From Azolla caroliniana (Eukaryota; Plantae; Polypodiophyta), in contig JBHGNT010000903.1 of the NCBI GenBank assembly GCA_043228905.1, forward strand, positions 1-14,057: a DNA stretch of 14,057 nucleotides, in the 5' to 3' direction. Position numbers and translations under genes: made by a program. Within the stretch, counting starts at the first letter, position 1; every line of letters starts with the position of its first letter. Shown here piece after piece: positions 8,734 to 14,057 of the stretch. The notes under the pieces are model-generated. The model did not search any database and was not told where the DNA came from. It saw only the letters and a program-made list of their open reading frames with translations.

Positions 8734-8865
8734 ACTCGATGTACAAGATGATCAAGAGTCTGTTTCTTTACAATGTTAGGTTATTGCTTATATATTAAGC
8801 CCTAACTATTTGGACGAGTTCACACTAGGATACAAGGTGGAAGGAGTCGACCTTTTATGCCAACA
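8562..8865 (-). repeat. Putative 3' LTR of copia B (~304 bp)
   Basis: Minus strand: PPT GAGGGAG (8874-8868), then TGTTGGC from 8865; TATATAA near 8790; candidate end GATCCACA at 8562, which is uncertain. Confidence 0.62.
8702..8730. repeat. (TC)n microsatellite, about 14 units
   Basis: Uninterrupted TCTCTC run inside the putative LTR. Confidence 0.97.
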
Positions 8866-9076
8866 CACTCCCTCATGAAAGGACTACTCTTTCCTACATG
8901 TACATGTGTTTGTAAAAACCCCCGTAAGCCTAGATTACAAAACTAATTTATGTTACAAGTCGGTCGGCATATAGCTGAGTCGGCTGAGGTGAGGTCTGTG
9001 TCAAGCCTAGCCTGGCTCATTATCATGATTGATTCGGTCAACTCTTACCTTTTGCTCCTCGTTCGGCTTTCTTCTA

Positions 9077-10322
9077 CTAGATTACTTGTCGTAGTCCCAT
9101 TGTAGTCCTTAGTGCACGGAACCGTTGATCTGGGGGTGGCTTCGTCAGGCAATCGGCAATGTTCACCTTGGTGTCGATCTTCCAAACTTTGAGCTTCTTC
9201 TCGGTTATGATCTCCCTAATGTGATGATACCGAATATGCTTCTTTTTTGCGTGATAGACGGGATTGTTGATGAGGTGAATTGCGCTCAGTGAGTCGCAAT
9301 AGATGGTCGGTGCTTGTTGGTTAATTCCGCTTGTGTTTGAAAAATTAGCAGTCCGTCGGTGCAGCCAGATTGCTTCCTTCCCTGCCTCCGATGTTGCTAT
9401 GTACTCGGCCTTTGTGGTCAACAGGGTTGTGCACTCTTGAAGTTTCGACCCCCATGATATCGCACCACCACCATAGGTGATGATCTAGCATGATGTTGAC
9501 TTTCGATTGTTTCTATTTTCGGCATAGTCGGAGTTAGTGTAGCCTTTGACTTCGACTGAGGTTGCCAATCCGAAAGTTAGTTGTGTATCTTCGTCCCTCT
9601 CAAGTACCTAAAGATGTGCTTGACGACCTCCCAATTCTTTCGTCCTGGATTCGACATGTATCGGTTGATCACCCCTACATCATAGGCTAGGTCGGGTCAG
9701 ATTGCCACCATTGCGTACATGATACTTCCTATGGCCGATGAGTAGGGCATCTTTCCATTAAGCACTTTCTCCTTGTCCGTTGAAGGAGAGTCTTTGTCCG
9801 ATAGTCGGATCGACATCGGAAGCGGTGTTGGTGCTAGCTTTGCATTCTCCATGTTGAAGCGCTTCTGCACCTTCCTGATATAATCGGACTGGGAGAGTCA
9901 GAGAGTCCTAGTCGTCTGATTTCGTTCGATCCTCATGCCTAGTATGTGACAGGCTTGTCCAAGTTCCTTCATCGCAAACTTGCCATGAAGGTTCCACTTC
10001 AGCTTTCCGATCTCTGCTTGATTGCTTCCTACAATCAGCATGTCGTTGATGTATAGGATCAGGTAAATCCTAGACTCGTCGGCCAATTGCCGAATGTACA
10101 TGCATGGGTCGGAGTCTGATCGGGGTATCCAAGCTACCTGATGTAGGAGTTGAACTTCTGGTACCACATCCTCGGCACTTGTTTCAAACCATAGAGACTT
10201 TTTTTCAGTCAACATACGAGGTGGTTGTTCTCCCCCGTCATCTTGAAGCCTGTGAGTTGAGACATGTTAATGCCTTCTTCCAAATCTTCGTGTAGGAATG
10301 CCATCTTTACGTCCATCTGCTC
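9077..10322 (-). pseudogene. Copia B RT (C-terminal part) and RNase H
   Basis: QMDVKMAFLH, LILYINDMLI (YVDD degraded to YIND, 10053-10042), AMKELGQA, GYTNSDYA, AEYIA, IYCDSLSAI, NIADCLTKP; frameshifts present. Confidence 0.95.
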
Positions 10323-11149
10323 TGACGCGAACTTGTCGTTCCTTATGTGCAAGACTCGGCCACAACCGAGATTCTTTTCATACACAGAAAATGGGAAATA
10401 AAACACGACACTAAGAAGAGAAATGGTACGCAAGAGGTTATCGTGGAAAACCCCAAACTAGGGGAAAAAACCACGGCAGCCCACAGGCTGCAAACTGTCA
10501 CTATGTAGGAATATACAACAGTGAGTTCACTAAGGCACCGACCTCGTGCTCACAAATCTTCGCCACAGGCGGCGGTTACAACAGAGGCAACGACCTCGTT
10601 CCCTCTCTCTCTCTCTGTACAGTTACGCGCTCTCTCTTCTTCTTGCACCAACAAGGAAGAACGACCACAACAAAAAGTTTTCCCTAAGTCATATTTATAC
10701 TAATATGACTTTTCGGCTATTTACAAATATAGCCTCGATGGGCTCTCAGAAACATATTTACGAATATGTCTCTTCCTCCAGTTCTCACCGGTTCTGTACC
10801 ATCCGGCTCTCCGTAGTCGGGTACTCCTCATCCGGTTCACACCAGGCCTGCACCATCCGGCTCTCCGTAGCCGGGTACTCCTCATCCGGTCTTCACCGGG
10901 CCTGCACCATCCGGCTCTCCGTAGCCGGGTACTCCTCATCCGGTCTTCACCGGGCCTGCACCATCCAGCTCTCCGTAGCCGGGTACTCCTCATCCGGTTC
11001 GCACCGGGCCTGCACCATCCGGCTCTCCGTAGCCGGGTACTCCTCATCTGGTCTTCACCGGGTCTGTATCATCCGGCTCTCCGTAGCCGGGTTCTCCTCA
11101 TACCGTTTCGGAGTCTCCCTTCCCATCCGGAGGGACCTGTCTCCCAACA
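10323..11149 (-). mobile_element. Solo LTR (827 bp) inserted in copia B RT
   Basis: TG...CA ends and a perfect 5-bp TSD TGCTC (10318-10322 and 11150-11154). Removing it restores EDLEVEQMDVK. Minus-strand TATAAATA near 10692-10699 gives the orientation. Confidence 0.93.
10775..11105. repeat. 54-bp GC-rich tandem repeat, about 6 copies, within the solo LTR
   Basis: ATCC(G/A)GCTCT recurs at 10801, 10855, 10909, 10963, 11017 and 11071, an exact period of 54. Confidence 0.97.
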
Positions 11150-11500
11150 TGCTCAACCTCTAGATCTTCCGTTGCCACAACTCCTAGTAAGAGTCAAAGG
11201 GTGGTCATCTTGACTACTAGTGAGAATATTTTCTCGTATTCAATCCCATGTTCTTGTTTGAATCCTTTTGTGACAAGCCGAGCTTTGTACTTGGGTTTCT
11301 TTGAGTTAGATGCATATTTGTATTGGAAAACCCATTTGCAAGGTAGTGGCTTTCTTCCAGCTGGTAGTTCAACCAACTCCCATGTCTGATTCCTGTGAAT
11401 CAAGTCCATTTTGGATTTCATGGCTTGTAGCCATGTATCGGTGTCCGGTGCGGCCATAGCTTCTTCATATGTGCTAGGTTTGCCTACATCAGTGTAATGG
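11150..11500 (-). pseudogene. Copia B RT N-terminal part
   Basis: PSTYEEAMAAPDTDTWLQAMKSKMDLIHRNQTWELVELPAGRKPLPCKWVF...[38 protein letters not shown]. Confidence 0.95.
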
Positions 11501-11917
11501 ATGTAGTTGAGGCCCGATTGATAGAACTCTGTCGGCCTTCGAGCTCGTCCAAATCTCCTAGGTGCCGAAAGGAGTGGTTTAGATCCTTCAATTGGTTTTG
11601 TTAGTCGATCGGCATTTGTTGAACCAGTTGTGTGAGGAGTCTTGTTGCATGACCCGCCCCCATGTTGGGAGTTTAGTTGTGTCGTGTCGTTCTCCCTTGG
11701 GTACTCGATCGACTCAGATTTGTTTATCCCTTGAGTCGTATCTGGTGTTTCGGTCGATTGGACTCTGTCGCTTTTGCCTCAATTATTTCTGACTTTGTCT
11801 TCGAGCTCGACTCTTGGACCTGTTGTCAATTCTGAGTCGGCATATTGTCGGCTTGTTCGAGTTCGACTCTTTGTCAAGTCTTTGAGTCGGCCCGGTCAGT
11901 CGGTCCTTCTACGACAA

Positions 11918-12383
11918 TGTTACCGATACGGAACACTGTCTATCTTCAGTCCTTCGAGATAGACCTCAAGGTGATTGCGTGACAAGGTATGTCGTTACAT
12001 GAGGCCTGAGCCGTACTCCGTTGGTTGTGTAATAATGCGTATCTATGGGTGAAGGTTCACGGCTACGACTGAGAACCTAAGTGCACTACTACGCTGCCTC
12101 TTACCCTACGCTTTCAAAAACGCACTTACGAATAGTACAGAGATTACACAAGACAACACAGGTTGCACAGACACAGAAAATCAGAGAAGATAAGATCCTA
12201 TTAGAAAAGAAAGAACCTCGCGCTTAAAAATTATACGCTACCTCTTACAGAGGATTTCTGCCCTTTATATACACAGGGCGTTTAGCCATTCACGCTTCTC
12301 GCATGAACCGTCACATTTCTTTTCTTAACGCTTCTAATCTAATTACGCATTTTGTCCAACGGTTACAATTCCGGCGGACAACA
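11918..12383 (-). mobile_element. Solo LTR (466 bp), related to the gypsy-like LTR at 3206-3704
   Basis: TGTT...AACA ends; TSD GACAA (11913-11917) and GACAG (12384-12388), one mismatch. Shares TGTTACCG, AACAC, GTCCTTCG, CTCAAG and CCCTTTATA blocks with the other LTR. Confidence 0.87.
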
Positions 12384-14057
12384 GACAGCTCTGTCGTCTT
12401 CGAAGGGTACCTTTTTACCGACTATTTTCTGTTGGTTCCACTGAGAGAAGATAGAGTCTTCATTGAAGACTACGTCACTGCTCTGGATTAGTTTCTTGTT
12501 CTCAGGGTCCCATATCCGGTAGCCGAAGTCCCCATCAATTCCATACCCGAGAAATATGCACTTTGTTCCATGGGGCGATAACTTGGTCCTTTTCTCCCTG
12601 GGGATGAGCGTGTACGCTTCACATCCGAATATATGGAGCCTATCATAGGTCGGTTGTTTGCCAGACCATAGTGCCTATGGCACTTCAAGCCTGATTGCTT
12701 TCGACGGAGAAAGATTTACCATGTATACTACCATCTGCAATGCCTCGGCCCAGAACTCCAGCTTTAGTCCGGTTTGCTGGAGCATTGTCGTCACCCTCTC
12801 TTGGATCATTCGGTTGATCCATTCTGCCACTCCATTCTACATGGGTGTATAAGGAACGATATTTTGATGTTGGATCCCTTTGTTGGACAGGTACTGTTTG
12901 AAGGCTCTGGAGGTATATTCTCCTCCGTTGTCAGATCGGAGTGTCTTCACTCTGTGTCCCGATTGGTTCTCCGCTTCAGATATCCACCGAGTGAAGACCT
13001 CGAGCACTTCATCTTTGAACCTAATTGAGTAGGCCCAAACCTTCCGTGTACAGTCATCTACAAATGTGATGAAGTATCGGGAGCCTCTTAGTGATCGCTC
13101 TGGCATGGGCCCACATATATCTGTGTACACGACGAGCTCTAGGGGCTGTCGTACCGTCTCATAGTGGAGAGAGTGCGGACTTTGAGTCTGTTTCCCTTAT
13201 CGACAATGCTCGTAGAAGTCCGTCTTTGCTTGGAGTTTAGGGATGTAGTCGACCGACATCAGCCAATCGAGTCTGACTTGAGACATATGGACGAGTCGGC
13301 CATGCCATAAGTTTAGGTCGGTCTTTTCAACTACGTTCACGGCCCCGTCTAGATTTATTGCCATAATTGGGTACAAGTTATTGTACTTGTGCCTGCTTCC
13401 AATTTTCAAATTTCCACGGATGATCATCCATGTTGACTCACTTAGAGTCGTTTTGTACCCGTCTTCGATTAGCATGCCGATGGAGGCCAGACTCCTTTTT
13501 CAGATCAGGTACATGTTGGACTTAGTGTAGGGTGATCATGTTTCCATTGGGCAATCGGATGGGAACCTCTCCAGTTCCTGCGATTCTGCACTCTTGTCCG
13601 TTGCCTAGTCGGACGGTGCAAATGGCGTCGGTTGAATAGTTCAAAAACCATTCAATACTAGGGGTCATGTGGAATGTGGCACCAGAATACAGTAGCCACG
13701 TGTGTGCATCCTATGCATTGTAGAGGACTTCTCCGATCATCGTGTTTTCTAAGGAAAGGATTTCTCCTGATCGGGTGTCAGAAACATTGATTTGGTTGCT
13801 AATAGGAGAGTGGTCTGAGTCGGGTCATCCTTGATTCCACTCAAATCGCCGACCACTCTCTTTCCTCTTGATCAACTAGCAATCGGAAACACTATGACCA
13901 GCTTTTTTGCAATGTGTACAGAATTCGCCTGATCAACCCGTTCTCGACTTCGACCGTTGTCGGTCTCCCCTCATTTTCGATCAACTATGGTGTCAACCGG
14001 CTCTACCGGCTTGTTCTCTTGATCAACTAAATCTATCGATCGGCTCGGTCGAGTGGT
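12384..14057 (-). pseudogene. Copia B gag zinc knuckle, protease and integrase
   Basis: CTHCKKAGHSVSDC (13920-13879); WLLYSGATFHMTP (protease DSG changed to YSG); LWHGRLVHMS; YTDICGP, YFITFVDDCTRKVW, LRSDNGGEY, NGVAERMNR; FLGYG...GYRIWDP. Stops and frameshifts present. Confidence 0.95.

Larger units (their letters stand above)
8562..14057 (-). mobile_element. Ty1/copia LTR retrotransposon B, decayed, with two nested solo LTRs; 5' end outside window
   Basis: Minus-strand order is gag knuckle, protease, integrase, RT, RNase H, PPT, LTR. Integrase before RT is diagnostic of copia. Confidence 0.95.

Noticed and set aside
8489-8755. ORF with ERERER repeat
   Set aside because: Translation of the (TC)n microsatellite in an LTR.
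10775-11105. CRISPR array
   Set aside because: Head-to-tail repeats with no unique spacers.
10546-11163. 205-aa ORF with 18-aa repeats, and the antisense 108-aa ORF
   Set aside because: Both result from a stop-free 54-bp tandem repeat inside a TSD-flanked solo LTR; there is no independent coding evidence.
13865-14029. Recurrent GATCAAC / CTCTTGATCAACTA words
   Set aside because: Low-complexity gag linker around the zinc knuckle; no regular period.

Overview
This is eukaryotic, land-plant-like repeat-rich DNA, not a prokaryotic locus, and I find no intact protein-coding gene. From left to right: (1) the 3' end of an internally deleted Ty1/copia element (+, 1-1067) inserted into (2) the integrase of an older copia element (+, 1068-~1840); (3) a truncated Ty3/gypsy-like element (-, gag, PBS and 5' LTR, ~1841-3704); (4) five 19-bp palindromes (3721-3876); (5) a spliced pseudogene (+, ~4100-6721) whose 3' half reconstructs across GT-AG introns into a complete prokaryote-type beta-class N4-cytosine/N6-adenine DNA methyltransferase domain with an acidic tail; (6) an AT-rich stretch with faint CACTA-like transposase motifs (-, ~7170-8110); (7) a decayed copia element (-, 8562-14057) carrying two solo LTRs with target-site duplications, one with a 54-bp tandem array. 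The main finding is the intron-containing amino-methyltransferase, which the ORF track shows only as disconnected fragments. Its position between subterminal-like repeats and a possible DNA-transposase remnant suggests a methyltransferase-carrying DNA transposon (inference). All family assignments come from motif recognition by eye; no database search was run.
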